Assembly (NCBI GenBank): GCA_965247095.1
Contig: OZ251997.1
Location: 1,472,001-1,536,000 of the forward strand
DNA: 64,000 nucleotides
Direction of reading: 5' to 3'
Source: Candidatus Multivorans sp.
GTDB taxonomy: Bacteria > Acidobacteriota > Thermoanaerobaculia > Multivoradales > Multivoraceae
The notes under the pieces were generated by a model. The model saw only the letters and a program-made list of their open reading frames with translations, was not told the DNA's origin and did not search any database. Of the stretch, positions 37,327 to 48,500 are shown in pieces (the stretch's first letter is position 1; every line of letters starts with the position of its first letter). The translations under genes were made by a program, and so were the position numbers.

Positions 37327-38499
37327 TTACTGCATAGACTCAAGATCTCCTACCAGGCTGTGGAAAACCTCGCGGGCACGCGGGTGGTCGGGGTCGATCC
37401 CAAGCGCCTTCTCCAACTGCCGGAGGCCCTCGTCGGCCCTGCCGGTCTTGAAGTAGGCGATCGTCAGCTGGACGTAGGCGTCAGCCCGGTCGGGATCGAT
37501 CTCGACCGCTCTCTCCAGAACAGCGGCGGCCTCCCTGTTGCGGTTGTTGAGGCCATAGAGCACGCCGAGGTTGAGGTGCGCATCGTAAGAACCGGGCTCC
37601 AGACGCAGCACCTCGCGGTAGAGCTGCTCCGCGGCCCGGTAGTTCTTCTCCGCCAGAAGCTGGTTCGCGGTCCGGATCAGCGTCTGCGTGTCTCGAACCA
37701 TTGCGAACACCGCCTGCAGCATCGGATCGCCGAGGCTCGGGACCTGGGCCGTCTCCAGGTCCCGCAACAACTCGGCCGCGCGCCGGGCGTTCCCCAATTG
37801 GCGCTCGGTCATGGCCAGCAGATAGCGCGTCTCGCGATGTTCCGGATCGATAGCCAGAGCCGCGCGGAGGTGCTCGGCCGCTGCAGCGAACCGGCCACGC
37901 CGGCGCTCGATCTTGCCCAGGCCGAGTTCGCCCCAGGGCGCCCGCGGCGCCGACGACCGCGCGGCCCGGAACGCCTGCTCGGCCCCGTCGAGATCACCGG
38001 CCGCAAGCAGCGCGTTGCCGAGCCGTACCCGCGCCGCCCAGTATGACGGACGGAGTTCGAGAACGCGCTCGAAATGGCGCACGGCCTCGCCGTTGGCGCC
38101 GCGGCCGGCGGCGAGAAAGCCGAGGTAGTAAGGCCATTCCGCGGCCCCGGGATCGAGTTCCGCGGCCCGCTCGTAGCAGCCACGGGCCTGGTCGATGTAT
38201 CGGTGGGCTTGGTACAGGCGGCCCAAGGCTCCGATCGCCGCGCCGCTCGCAGGGTCGCGTTCCACGGCAGCCATGGCGTCCCGGACCCCGGTGACGAAAC
38301 CGGGGTCGAGTGCGGAGAGGTTGGGAATGCGGGGGGCTTCGGAGACTACGGAAGAGGCCGTAGGCTCACCCGGCGGCGGGCCGCTACAGCCGATCAGGAT
38401 CGCCGTCAATGCGATGAACACTGCAGTTGTCCACGCCTTGCCAAGGGCAAACCGATCACACCGCATCTCGGCACACTCCCTGCGCGGGCGCAGTTCCAT
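37327..38499 (-). CDS. Tetratricopeptide repeat lipoprotein
   Basis: LIGC lipobox, many TPR units; start uncertain. Confidence 0.88.
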   Translation of the reverse strand: MELRPRRECAEMRCDRFALGKAWTTAVFIALTAILIGCSGPPPGEPTASSVVSEAPRIPNLSALDPGFVTGVRDAMAAVERDPASGAAIGALGRLYQAHRYIDQARGCYERAAELDPGAAEWPYYLGFLAAGRGANGEAVRHFERVLELRPSYWAARVRLGNALLAAGDLDGAEQAFRAARSSAPRAPWGELGLGKIERRRGRFAAAAEHLRAALAIDPEHRETRYLLAMTERQLGNARRAAELLRDLETAQVPSLGDPMLQAVFAMVRDTQTLIRTANQLLAEKNYRAAEQLYREVLRLEPGSYDAHLNLGVLYGLNNRNREAAAVLERAVEIDPDRADAYVQLTIAYFKTGRADEGLRQLEKALGIDPDHPRAREVFHSLVGDLESMQ

Positions 38500-40210
38500 C
38501 CGGCGCGAGCAGGCGCACGATCCGGTTCACTTCGACCGTCCTTCGCTTGCTGACCTTTCCGTTCGGCCAGCGCACCACCAGTTGATCGACCAGCGCCGCG
38601 TCGCCGATCCCGAAGTGAACCCGCGGATCGTTGGCGACCGCGAAGCTGTAGCCGGGCCGCACGTGCCGGGACCAACTGCGGCCGCCCGTCTCCACGGTCA
38701 CGCGAGCGCCGATCGCCGAGCGATCGAAGACACCGCCGCCGCAGAGGTCGACGACCAGCCACGAACGGCTGCTCCCCACCTCGTTGCGCAAGAGCCGGGC
38801 GGGCCCCCCGTTGTTAACCACCACGATGTCGAGATCGCCGTCGTTGTCGAGGTCGCCGAACGCCGCGCTGCGGCTTACCTCAAGGAGTTCCAGCGCGGCC
38901 CCGGCCCGATCCGACACGTCCTCGTACCGGCCGGAAGGCGTGCCCGCCAGCAACTGGTTCGGCTCGCGGTAGTCGAAGGCGGCGGTGTCGCCCGGCGTCA
39001 CCTTGCCGTTGGCGATGAAGAGGTCGAGCACGCCGTCCCCGTCGTAATCGAACCAGGACGTGCCGAAGCCGGTGTACGCCTGACTGACGCCGCCGAGCTG
39101 CTTTTCGTCCGTCACGTCCTGGAAGAAGCCGGCGCCGTCGTTGCGATAGAAGGTGTTCGTCTCGCCGCCCAGGTGGGTCAGGAACAGGTCGAGGTCGCCA
39201 TCGCCGTCGGGATCGGCCACGGCGATGCCCATGCCGGCCTCGGGCTGGCCGAGTTCATTGAGCGCCGCTCCGCGCGCCAGCGCATCCTCCCGGAACGTGC
39301 CGTCGCCCCGGTTGAGCCACAGGTGGTTCACCGCCTGGTCGTTCGCCACGTAGAGGTCGACGAGGCCGTCATCATCGAAGTCGGCGGCAACGACGCCGAG
39401 TCCCGGCCCGGTCACCGAACGGATGCCGGCGGCATCGCTCACGTCGGTGAACCGTCCGTTGCCGTCGTTCCGGTAGAGCGTGTCCGGCGCCGGCGGATAC
39501 TCGGCCGGATTGCAGTAGTTCCGCAGGCCGTTCGGCCCCAGGCAGGGCCGCTCCCGGTCGGCGCTCCAGACGACGTAGTTGACGACGAACAGGTCCAGGT
39601 CGAGATCACCGTCGTAGTCGAAGAAGACGGCGCTCGACGACCAGGAGGCGCCGCCGACGCCGGCGAGTTCCGTCACGTCCTCGAAGGCGCCGCCGCCGAG
39701 GTTGCGGTACAGACGGTTCGCGCCGACGTTCGTCACGTAGAGGTCGACCAGGCCGTCCCGATCGTAGTCTGCGGCCGTTGCGCCGGCGCCGTAGCCGGTG
39801 TCACCGACCCCGGCGGCGTCCGTCGTGTCCTCGAACGTGCCGTTGCCCAGGTTGCGGTAGAGGCGATTGCCCGGCGGGCTGCCGGATTTGGGCGAGACGC
39901 CCGCGTTCCCAGGCTGGGAACCCGGTACAGGGCCGCTCTGCACCAGGTAGACATCGAGGAAGCCGTCGTCGTCGTAGTCGAGAAGCGCCCCGCCGCCGAC
40001 GAGAAGCTCGGGGTAGCTGTACTGACCAACCGCGCCGTTCCGGTGGATGAAGGCCAACCCCGCCTCAGCCGCGCGCTCAACGAAGATCGGCGCCGCCGCC
40101 GCGAGTTCTGCCGGCACAGCAGGTTCGCCCACGGAGTCGCCGCCCGGACCGGCGCAGGCCCAGAGGGCCGTCGTCACCGCGACCGGAAGGAGAATCGGAG
40201 CACACCGCAT
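38456..40210 (-). CDS. CRTAC1-family FG-GAP/ASPIC-UnbV protein
   Basis: Repeated DYDxDGxxD, NRLYRNLGNGTF, AGMG, SRSAAFGDLDNDGDLD, VHFGIG. Confidence 0.92.
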   Translation of the reverse strand: MRCAPILLPVAVTTALWACAGPGGDSVGEPAVPAELAAAAPIFVERAAEAGLAFIHRNGAVGQYSYPELLVGGGALLDYDDDGFLDVYLVQSGPVPGSQPGNAGVSPKSGSPPGNRLYRNLGNGTFEDTTDAAGVGDTGYGAGATAADYDRDGLVDLYVTNVGANRLYRNLGGGAFEDVTELAGVGGASWSSSAVFFDYDGDLDLDLFVVNYVVWSADRERPCLGPNGLRNYCNPAEYPPAPDTLYRNDGNGRFTDVSDAAGIRSVTGPGLGVVAADFDDDGLVDLYVANDQAVNHLWLNRGDGTFREDALARGAALNELGQPEAGMGIAVADPDGDGDLDLFLTHLGGETNTFYRNDGAGFFQDVTDEKQLGGVSQAYTGFGTSWFDYDGDGVLDLFIANGKVTPGDTAAFDYREPNQLLAGTPSGRYEDVSDRAGAALELLEVSRSAAFGDLDNDGDLDIVVVNNGGPARLLRNEVGSSRSWLVVDLCGGGVFDRSAIGARVTVETGGRSWSRHVRPGYSFAVANDPRVHFGIGDAALVDQLVVRWPNGKVSKRRTVEVNRIVRLLAPDGTAPAQGVCRDAV

Positions 40211-40285
40211 CGCCGCCGCAGACACTATCCGGGAGATGCCGAGGCGTCGGACTTTGGAATGGTCCCACGGCCAGCCGCTCCGCAG

Positions 40286-40321
40286 TTGACAGAAATCTGC
40301 CTCCAGTGATACGGATTTCTG
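40286..40321 (+). promoter_or_regulatory. vapBC promoter with operator inverted repeat
   Basis: TTGACA at 40286; arms cagaaatctg / cggatttctg end just before the ATG at 40323. Confidence 0.65.
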
Positions 40322-40322
40322 C

Positions 40323-40562
40323 ATGAGGACCACCCTGAACTTCGATGACCGGCTGATCCGGTCCGCCAAGGCCCGCGCCGCCCAAGACGGCGAACCGCTG
40401 ACGCGCCTGATCGAACGGGCGCTGCGTCAGTACCTTGAGCCCCCGAAACAATCCGAAGTCCCTTTCAAACTCAAACTCCTGACCAAGAACACCCGAACGC
40501 TCCCGGGCGTCGACCTGTCCGACCGCAAGTCCCTATACGACATCATGGACGGGCTGGATTGA
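40323..40562 (+). CDS. VapB-type RHH antitoxin
   Basis: MRTTLNFDDRLIRSAKARAA...LIERALR...PGVDLSDRKSLYDIM. Confidence 0.85.
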   Translation: MRTTLNFDDRLIRSAKARAAQDGEPLTRLIERALRQYLEPPKQSEVPFKLKLLTKNTRTLPGVDLSDRKSLYDIMDGLD

Positions 40563-40699
40563 TCGCGGTCGACACGAACATCCTCGTCTTCGACGCACAG
40601 ATCGTCGCGCTCTGCCGCGAGCACGGCGTGTCCACCCTGGTAACGGAAGACCGCGACTTCGACCGCTTCAAGGGGCTGCGCACGGAGAGGCTTGAGTAA
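40559..40699 (+). pseudogene. vapC: VapC PIN toxin with in-frame internal deletion (46 aa)
   Basis: (M)IAVDTNILV joined to FDAQIVALCREHGVSTLVTEDRDF; TTG start overlapping the antitoxin stop; absent from the ORF track. Confidence 0.85.
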
Positions 40700-40764
40700 A
40701 TGAGCCATCTGGCACACGGGCCGGCGTCAGGACTGGCTAGAATCTCCAACGGAGGACACCAAGA

Positions 40765-41253
40765 ATGTTCGGGACAGCCTTTCGTCGGCCGGTCGGCACT
40801 TTCGGCGCCGCAGCTTTCCTTCTGATCCTGGGCGCCGCCGCCCCAACAACTTCTCCAGCGGCAGCCGCCGAAACGGACCCGGTCTTCACCACGCGGGGCA
40901 ACCTCGCCATTCGCGGCTACGACGCGGTGGCGTACTTCACCGAAGAGAAACCGGTCAAGGGCAGTCGCGACTTCACCCTCGGGTGGCAAGGGGCCGACTG
41001 GCGCTTTGCCAGCGCCGAGAATCGCGATCTCTTCGCCGCGGAGCCTACGAAGTACGCGCCCCAGTACGGCGGCTACTGCGCCTGGGCTGTGAGCCGCAAC
41101 TACACCGCGCCCACCGACCCTGACGCGTTTACGCTCGTGAACGGAAAGCTCTACCTGAACTACAACGCGAAGGTCATGGAGCAATGGCTGGAGGACCGCG
41201 ACGGGAACATCGAGAGCGCCGACGAGAACTGGCCGTCGGTGCTGAAGGAGTAG
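40765..41253 (+). CDS. YHS domain-containing exported protein (Cys form)
   Basis: AIRGYDAVAYF, YAPQYGGYCAWAVS, GKLYLNYN. Confidence 0.9.
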   Translation: MFGTAFRRPVGTFGAAAFLLILGAAAPTTSPAAAAETDPVFTTRGNLAIRGYDAVAYFTEEKPVKGSRDFTLGWQGADWRFASAENRDLFAAEPTKYAPQYGGYCAWAVSRNYTAPTDPDAFTLVNGKLYLNYNAKVMEQWLEDRDGNIESADENWPSVLKE

Positions 41254-41330
41254 CCGTCTATCCCCTCCCCCACCTGCGGTAGAACTCGGCTGGTCGCAGG
41301 CTGCGACCTTTCGTGCGGCGGACCCGACGA

Positions 41331-42521
41331 ATGAAGCTCCTCGCGTTCAGCGACGTCCACCTGGACTCGAAGTTCGGCTGGGCCACCCGCGAGGTCGCCC
41401 GCCGGCAGCGCCAGAAGCTGCGCGATGCGGTGACCTGGGCGTTCGAGCACGCACAGGAGGAAGGGGCGTCCGCCGTCCTGATCGGCGGCGACCTGTTCGA
41501 ACACGACCTGGTCTCCCGCGACACGATCGACTTCCTGCGACGGACCTTCGAACGCTGCGGCCTCCGGGTGTTCGCCGCTCCCGGCAACCACGACTACGCG
41601 GGCAAGGACAGCCCGTACCGGCGCATCGACTGGCCCGAGAACGTCCACATCTTCAGCAAGACCCACCTGACCGCGGCGCCGCTGGCCGACGGCGTCACCC
41701 TCTGGGGCGCCGCGCACCGGAAACCGGTCGACACCCCCAGCTTCTTCGAAGACGGCTTCCACGTCGGCAACTCCCTTGGCGCCGGCAACGGCGTCCACAT
41801 CGCGGTCTTCCACGGCGAGGAACGGCTCGCCGCGTTTCGGGGCCAGTACCGGCACGCCCCGTTCGACGGCGATCAGATCGCGGCCGCCGGCTTCGACCAC
41901 GCCGTCGTCGGGCATTCGCACAAGCCAGTGGACCGCTCCACCTGGACCCGGCTCGGCTCGCTCGAGCAACTTGCGTTCAACAGCGCCTACGGCAGCGCGG
42001 TGGTGCTGGAGGTCGGGAACGGCAAGGTCACCCGGCGGCGCCTCGATCCGCTGCCACCCACTCTCCACTCGCTCAGCGCGAGTCTCTCCGACGTAGAAGA
42101 CCTGGAAGGCGCCCGAGACCGAGTGAGGGAGGCACTCGAGGGACGGACTGGCGCGGCCCGCGTCCGGTTGCTCGGTGAGGTCCCAGACACCCTTCACCTC
42201 CACGCCGACGAATTCGACCCCGGCGCCTTCGAGCCGCCGGAGGGCATCGACCAAGTGTTGGTCGACGTCTCCGGCCTGACCTCACCCTACGATCTGGAGC
42301 ACATCGCGGACGAGCCGACCGTGCAGGGCATGTTCGTGCGCCGCGTCCGCGCCGCCGACCTGGACCGCGAAACCGAGCGCCTGGTCCTGCTCGCAGGTCT
42401 GCGTGCGCTCGACGGCCAGGACAGTCTCGGAGTGATCGACGAACTCCGCATGAGTGGCCTCAAGGCCGATCCACCCGGCGATGAGCCGGCCTCCGTCCCA
42501 GACCACGGAGCGGACGCGTGA
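41331..42521 (+). CDS. Mre11/SbcD-like metallophosphoesterase (YhaO-like)
   Basis: SDVHLD, GGDLFE, PGNHD, FHG, GHSH. Confidence 0.9.
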   Translation: MKLLAFSDVHLDSKFGWATREVARRQRQKLRDAVTWAFEHAQEEGASAVLIGGDLFEHDLVSRDTIDFLRRTFERCGLRVFAAPGNHDYAGKDSPYRRIDWPENVHIFSKTHLTAAPLADGVTLWGAAHRKPVDTPSFFEDGFHVGNSLGAGNGVHIAVFHGEERLAAFRGQYRHAPFDGDQIAAAGFDHAVVGHSHKPVDRSTWTRLGSLEQLAFNSAYGSAVVLEVGNGKVTRRRLDPLPPTLHSLSASLSDVEDLEGARDRVREALEGRTGAARVRLLGEVPDTLHLHADEFDPGAFEPPEGIDQVLVDVSGLTSPYDLEHIADEPTVQGMFVRRVRAADLDRETERLVLLAGLRALDGQDSLGVIDELRMSGLKADPPGDEPASVPDHGADA

Positions 42522-45433
42522 GGATCCTCCGCATCCGCGCCCACGATTTCGGCAAGCTGAACGGCGCACTCGACCTGGCGCCCGGCATGACCGTGGTTCA
42601 CGGCGGCAACGAAGCCGGCAAGTCGACCTGGCTGCAGGCGATCTTCGCCGGTCTCTGCGGCCGGCGCCGCGGCCGTGGCGCGAACACTCTCGAGGATCGG
42701 GAGTTCGAACAGCAGTACGAACCCTGGAACGGCCAGCCGTGGCGCGCGACGATCAAGTTCCAGCTCGACGACGGCCGCCGGATCGAGATCCAGCAGACCG
42801 ACCTGAAGACCAAGGAAAGCTCCGCCCACGATGCCGAGACCGGTCGCCCGCTGGGCGACGAGATCATCTACCGCGGCAGCATCGACGGTTCCCGCTTCCT
42901 GGGCCTGAACCGCCAAGTCGTGCCGTCGACGCTGGTCATCGGCCAGGGCGACATCCAGCGCCTGCGTCAGAAGAGCGAGAAGAAGGGCGACGAGGCCTCC
43001 GCCCTCAAGGAGGAGCTGCAGCGAGCAGCCGCTTCCGCCGGCGGCGCCGCCACCGCGGCCGAGGCGCTTCGCATCTTGAAGAACTACGCCAGCAACGAGA
43101 TCGGGACGGAGCGCAGGAACTCGACCAAGCCGCTGCAACGGGCGATCGAACGGGCCGCTCTTGCCGCGAAAGCCCGGGAAGCGGGCCGGAGCCGCCAACT
43201 GGAACGGAACAGGCTGGAGGACGGTCTCGCCGATGCCGAGGAGCGAGCCCGTCGCGCGGACGACCTGGTCGAGAGCTGCAAGCGGACTCAGACGCGGCGC
43301 GAGTTAGAGCGACTCGACGGACGCCTGGCGGCGATCGACCGCCTGCAGTCGAGGTTCCCCGACGGCAAGCCGCCCGCCGGTCCCGGTGAGGGCCGCGACT
43401 CCGCCGTCGAGCAGGAGCTGCGCGAAGCCGCGTTCGAGTACCGGAGGCGGCCGGACGCGCCCGAGGAACTCGCGGGGCCGAGCGCAGATGAGATGGAGCA
43501 GCAACTGACCGCGATACCCGAGTCGGCGGAGGGGGACCGCGAGATGGCTCCCGAGGTCGCGGTCGCGGCGAGCAGATGGCGCAGAGCCTCAGAAGGACGG
43601 GCGGTCCGTGAGCAACTGGGGCCGGGCGACCCACCAGACCCCTTGATCGCCAAGGCGGACGAAGCGCTCGCCAAGCGCGCCCTCGCGATCCTCGAGTTAC
43701 CGCCGCTCGAACCGATCGACGAAGCGGAACGCCGCGTTCGCGAACTAAGCGAAGAACGGCAGCAGCACATGAGTCAGCTCGTGGCGCACTCCGGCGCCTA
43801 TCGGTGGCTCGGGCTCGGCGCTGGCGCCGGCGGATTGCTTGGCCTGCTGGCGTCGTTCGACGTGCTCCCACGGCTGGTCGGAGCTGCCGGGTGGCTTCTT
43901 GTGGTCCTGTGTTTCCTGCTCCTCTACCGGGTGCAGAGGCGAGCTCCTCGCTCCAGCTTCTCCGAGAAGGCACAGCCGGGCTTCGACATGGCCGACGCTA
44001 CGGCGGACCTGCGCGAGCAGAGGCGAAGGCACAGGCAGAGACAGCAGCAGCTCGAGGCCACCCGTCAGGCACTTAGCGGACTCGGTCTCGAAGCCAACGC
44101 GGACGCAGTGCAAGCTGCCCTCGCTACCCTGAAAGACCGGGAAGCATGGGACCGGGAGCAGTCCGCCTGGCTGCGGCGCACAGCAGCGGCACGAGAGGCC
44201 GAAGTGGAAGCCGAAACCGCCCTGCGCGCGGCCCTGGGCGGCCGCGGCGCCGACGATCCGGAAGCCCCGACCGCCACCCTCCTCGACCAGTACGAACAAT
44301 CGTGCCTGCAGAACGCCGGCCTGGCTGCGGTGACCGACCGGCGCGAGGCACTGATCGCCCGAATCAAGGCTCGGCGACACGCCCAAGACATGGCGGCGTC
44401 ACAGCTCAAGCGGCGCACGGAGGCCGAAGCACGTTTCCAGGCCGCTCTTGCCGCGGCAGGATTCCCCGACGGCTCGACCGAGGCGCCGGAGCAGTGGGCC
44501 GCCCGTTGGCTTCAGGAACGGGAACGGCAGGTCAACCGCCAGCGGAGCGACTGGAGCCAGCTGCAGCACTTGCTGGACGGTCGGGACCGCCAGACACTCG
44601 CAGCCGAACGCGAGGCTGTGGCAGCCCGGCTCGGTCCGGTTTCGAGCGACGACGAGCCGACCGAGCTCCTGGCTCTGCGGGACATCGAGCTGGAACGAAA
44701 GCTGGAAGAGGCCCGAATCCAGGCCGGCAACGCCCGCAGCGAGGTCAGCAACTACGAAGGTCAACTCGCCAAGGACGCCGACCTCCCCTCGCTCGCAGAA
44801 CTCGAAGAGGAGCATTCCGCCGCGGATCGCGAAGTCGCTCTCCTGCGGCTGGCCGGCAAGATCGTAGACACAGCCCAACAACACCTGAAGGAAGCCCAGG
44901 ACGAGGTCCACCGGATGCTCGCCCCCGACCTCCGCCAGGGACTCGAAGAGCGGCTGAGCCGGGTCACTGCCGGCCGCTACTCCAGGGCCCGCGTCGATCC
45001 GGAGCAAGGCCTCGAGGTCCAGCTCGAGGTCGAGGACGACGACTACCGTTCGGCCGCCGAGTTGTCCTACGGCACCCTCGACCAGGTCTACCTCCTGCTC
45101 CGCATCGCTCTGGCCGAGGCCCTCGGGGACAAGAAGGAGTCCGCGCCCCTGTTCCTCGACGACGCCACCGTCCACTGCGACACCGACCGCACCATCCGCT
45201 TCCTCGACCTCCTGCTGACGCTGAGCGAGGAACGCCAGATCGTCGTGTTCAGCCAGGAAGAGGAGGTTCGGCACTGGGCCGAAGGTCGCCTCGTCGGGGA
45301 TGCCCGGCACCGCCTGATCGAGCTGAACCGGCAGGGACGCCCGGTGGGGCCGAACGGCGACGGCGAGCCGGATCCTTCCGACGCCGAGGCCGGCACCGCC
45401 CCGGCGCCGGAGCGCCAGCACTCCCTTCTATAA
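42518..45433 (+). CDS. Rad50/SbcC-like ATPase with central TM hairpin (YhaN-like)
   Basis: GGNEAGKS, coiled coils, two hydrophobic helices mid-protein, LSYGT, LFLDD. Confidence 0.88.
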   Translation: MRILRIRAHDFGKLNGALDLAPGMTVVHGGNEAGKSTWLQAIFAGLCGRRRGRGANTLEDREFEQQYEPWNGQPWRATIKFQLDDGRRIEIQQTDLKTKESSAHDAETGRPLGDEIIYRGSIDGSRFLGLNRQVVPSTLVIGQGDIQRLRQKSEKKGDEASALKEELQRAAASAGGAATAAEALRILKNYASNEIGTERRNSTKPLQRAIERAALAAKAREAGRSRQLERNRLEDGLADAEERARRADDLVESCKRTQTRRELERLDGRLAAIDRLQSRFPDGKPPAGPGEGRDSAVEQELREAAFEYRRRPDAPEELAGPSADEMEQQLTAIPESAEGDREMAPEVAVAASRWRRASEGRAVREQLGPGDPPDPLIAKADEALAKRALAILELPPLEPIDEAERRVRELSEERQQHMSQLVAHSGAYRWLGLGAGAGGLLGLLASFDVLPRLVGAAGWLLVVLCFLLLYRVQRRAPRSSFSEKAQPGFDMADATADLREQRRRHRQRQQQLEATRQALSGLGLEANADAVQAALATLKDREAWDREQSAWLRRTAAAREAEVEAETALRAALGGRGADDPEAPTATLLDQYEQSCLQNAGLAAVTDRREALIARIKARRHAQDMAASQLKRRTEAEARFQAALAAAGFPDGSTEAPEQWAARWLQERERQVNRQRSDWSQLQHLLDGRDRQTLAAEREAVAARLGPVSSDDEPTELLALRDIELERKLEEARIQAGNARSEVSNYEGQLAKDADLPSLAELEEEHSAADREVALLRLAGKIVDTAQQHLKEAQDEVHRMLAPDLRQGLEERLSRVTAGRYSRARVDPEQGLEVQLEVEDDDYRSAAELSYGTLDQVYLLLRIALAEALGDKKESAPLFLDDATVHCDTDRTIRFLDLLLTLSEERQIVVFSQEEEVRHWAEGRLVGDARHRLIELNRQGRPVGPNGDGEPDPSDAEAGTAPAPERQHSLL

Positions 45434-45507
45434 TCCCGGACCCCATGCCCTCCACAGAGCGCGCGGCCTGCCGCGTCGAAACCACGAACTACGCGTCGCC
45501 GTAGCCG

Positions 45508-48500
45508 ATGCGCCGTCTGCTGATCGCGAACCGCGGCGAGATCGCGGTACGAATCGCCCGCGCGGCGATGGACCTTGGCATCCATACGGTCGCGGTGTAC
45601 TCCGAGGACGACGCAAACGGGCTCCACCTGCGGATCGCCGACGAGGCGGTCGCTCTGAACGGTCGCGGCGTGCCCGCGTACCTCGACATCGAAGGTGTCG
45701 TAGGGCGGGCGGTGGATGCGAACTGCGACGCGGTCCATCCCGGATACGGCTTCCTGGCCGAGAACGCGGACTTCGCAACCGCCTGTGCCGAGGCGGGCAT
45801 CACCTTCGTCGGACCGCGGCCCGAGGTGCTGGAACTCTTCGGCGACAAAGGCAGAGCGCGTGCGGCTTCGACCGGCGCGGACGTGCCGGTGCTGCGCGGC
45901 ACGGATCGGCCGACGACGGTCGAGGAGGCGCAGGAGTTCTTCGCCGCCCTGGGCCAGGGCAAGGCGATGATCGTCAAGGCGCTCGCCGGCGGCGGCGGCC
46001 GCGGGACCCGCATCGTCGCCTCGGCCGACGAGATCGAACAGGCCTACGAGCGCTGCCGGTCCGAGGCCGAGCGCGCGTTCGGCAACGGCGGCCTCTACGT
46101 CGAGGAGCTGATCCCGCGGGCACGACACATCGAAGTCCAGCTCCTGGGTGACGAAGAGGGCGGGCTGATCGACCTCGGCGAACGCGAATGCAGCGCCCAG
46201 CGCCGGCACCAGAAGGTGGTCGAGACGGCGCCGGCGCCCAACCTCTCCCCCACCCTGCGCGCAGCGATCATCGACGCCGCGCTGCGCCTCGGCCGCGCCG
46301 CGCAGTACAACAGTTTGGGCACGTTCGAGTTCCTCGCCTTTGCCGGAAGGGGCAGCGACGGCTCCAATGGCGGCAGCCCGTCCGCCGAGGCAGGCGGCGG
46401 CTTCGCGTTCATCGAGGCGAACGCCCGCCTGCAGGTGGAGCACACGGTCACCGAGGCGGTCACCGGTGTCGACCTGGTCCAGGCTCAACTGCGAATCGCG
46501 GCCGGCGAGACGCTTACAGGTCTCGGGCTCGGAGCGCCGGAAGCCGTCCGCCCGCGCGGCTTCGCGATCCAGGCGCGGGTCAACCTGGAGACCCTGGACG
46601 CCGACGGCGCCGTGCGCCCGTCCGGCGGCGTACTCACTGCCTATGAACCGCCGAGCGGACCGGGAGTGCGGATCGACGGCTGCGGCTACGCAGGCTACGA
46701 GGCGAACCCAGCCTTCGACTCCCTGCTGGCGAAGGTGATCGCCCATTCGCCCTCCAGCGACTTCACGAGCGTCGTGAAGCGGGCCTCGCGGGCGCTCGAC
46801 GAGTTTCGCATCGGCGGACCCTCGACGAACATCCCCTGGCTACAGAGCGTCCTCAACCACCCGGACTTTGCCGCGGGCAACCTCTACACCCGCTGGCTCG
46901 ACGACCACTCCCAGGAGCTGGCGGCGGCCGCCGGCAACGGCCGGAGGCAACGCTTCGTCCCGGCCTCCGCTCTTCCCACCGGCCCGGCGCCCGGACCCGG
47001 GGGCACACCGAGCGACGACGCGCGTGACAGCGGCTTCGCCGGCGCCCGCGTCGACACCGTCGATCCTCTCGCTCTCTTCGCCCACGACCAGGCGACCAAG
47101 GCGGCAGAAGCCGCGAAGCCGGACACGGGCGCCGACACGGCCGGACCGCAGGCCGGCCACGAGGGCGCTGTCGGCGTCGTCGCGCCGATCCAGGGCACGA
47201 TCGTCAGCATTGATGTCGCGCAAGGCGACGAGGTGCTGCGCGGACAGCAGGTCGCGGTGATCGAGGCGATGAAGATGGAGCACGTGCTGCGTGCCGGCAC
47301 GAGCGGCATCGTGAAGCAGGTGACGATGGCGGCCGGCGACACGATCCGCGAGGGCTATCCCCTGGTCCTTGTCGAGGAAGCCGAAGGCGGCGAGGCAGCG
47401 GACGCCGCCGAGGAAATCGACCCCGACTACATCCGGCCCGACCTGGAAGAGAACTACCGTCGCCACGCCTACACCCTGGACGAGAACCGGCCCGAGGCGG
47501 TTGCCCGGCGCCGCCGCTTCGGCTTCCAGACGCCCCGAGAGAACATCGAGCAACTCGTCGACCCCGGATCGTTCAAGGAGTACTGGCCTCTGCTCGTGGC
47601 GCGCCAGCACCAGAAGTACAGCGACGAGAAGCTACGCCAGTACACGCCCGCCGACGGCGTGGTCGCCGGCACCGCGTCGATCAACGGCGACCTGTTCGAC
47701 GACGAGCACTCCCGGGCGATCGTGCTCTCGTACGACTACACCGTCCTCGCCGGCACTCAAGGTGGCCGCAACCACTACAAGCAGGATCGCCTGTTCGAGC
47801 TCGCCAACCGCTACCGGTTGCCACTCGTCTTCTTCACCGAAGGCGGGGGCGGAAGGCCGGGCGACGACTACACGGGACCGCGGGTCGCGTTCGACACCTA
47901 CACGTTCACGCAGTTCTCCAAGCTCTCGGGGCTCATTCCCCTGGTCGGCGTGAACAACGGCCGCTGCTTCGCCGGCAACACCGCCCTGCTCGCCTGCTGC
48001 GACGTGATCATCGCCACCGAGGCGTCGACCATCGCGATGGGGGGCCCGGCGATGATCGAGGGCGGGGGCCTCGGTGTCTACACGCCGGAAGAAGTCGGCC
48101 CGATGTCGTTCCAGGTGCCGAACGGCGTCGTCGACATCCTGGTCGAGGACGAGGAAGCGGCGGTCGAGACGACGAAGAAGTACCTCTCCTACTTCCAGGG
48201 AGCGACGTGCGAATGGGAGGCCCACGACCAGCGCCCCCTGCGCCACGTGATCCCCGAGAACCGGCTCCGCCTCTACGACATGCAGGAGATCGTCCACACC
48301 CTGGCCGACGTCGGCTCGGTGCTGGAGATCCGCGAGAAGTTCGGGATCGGCGTGATCACCGCCTTCATCCGCGTCGAGGGCAGGCCGATGGGAGTGATCG
48401 CGAACAACCCGCACCACCTCGCCGGGGCCATCGACTCCGACGGCGCCGACAAGGGCGCCCGCTTCCTGCAGCTCTGCGACGCCTTCGACATCCCGGTACT

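Noticed and set aside
40765-41253. YHS protein as selenoprotein
   Set aside because: The GGYC position is a Cys codon (tgc); no in-frame TGA
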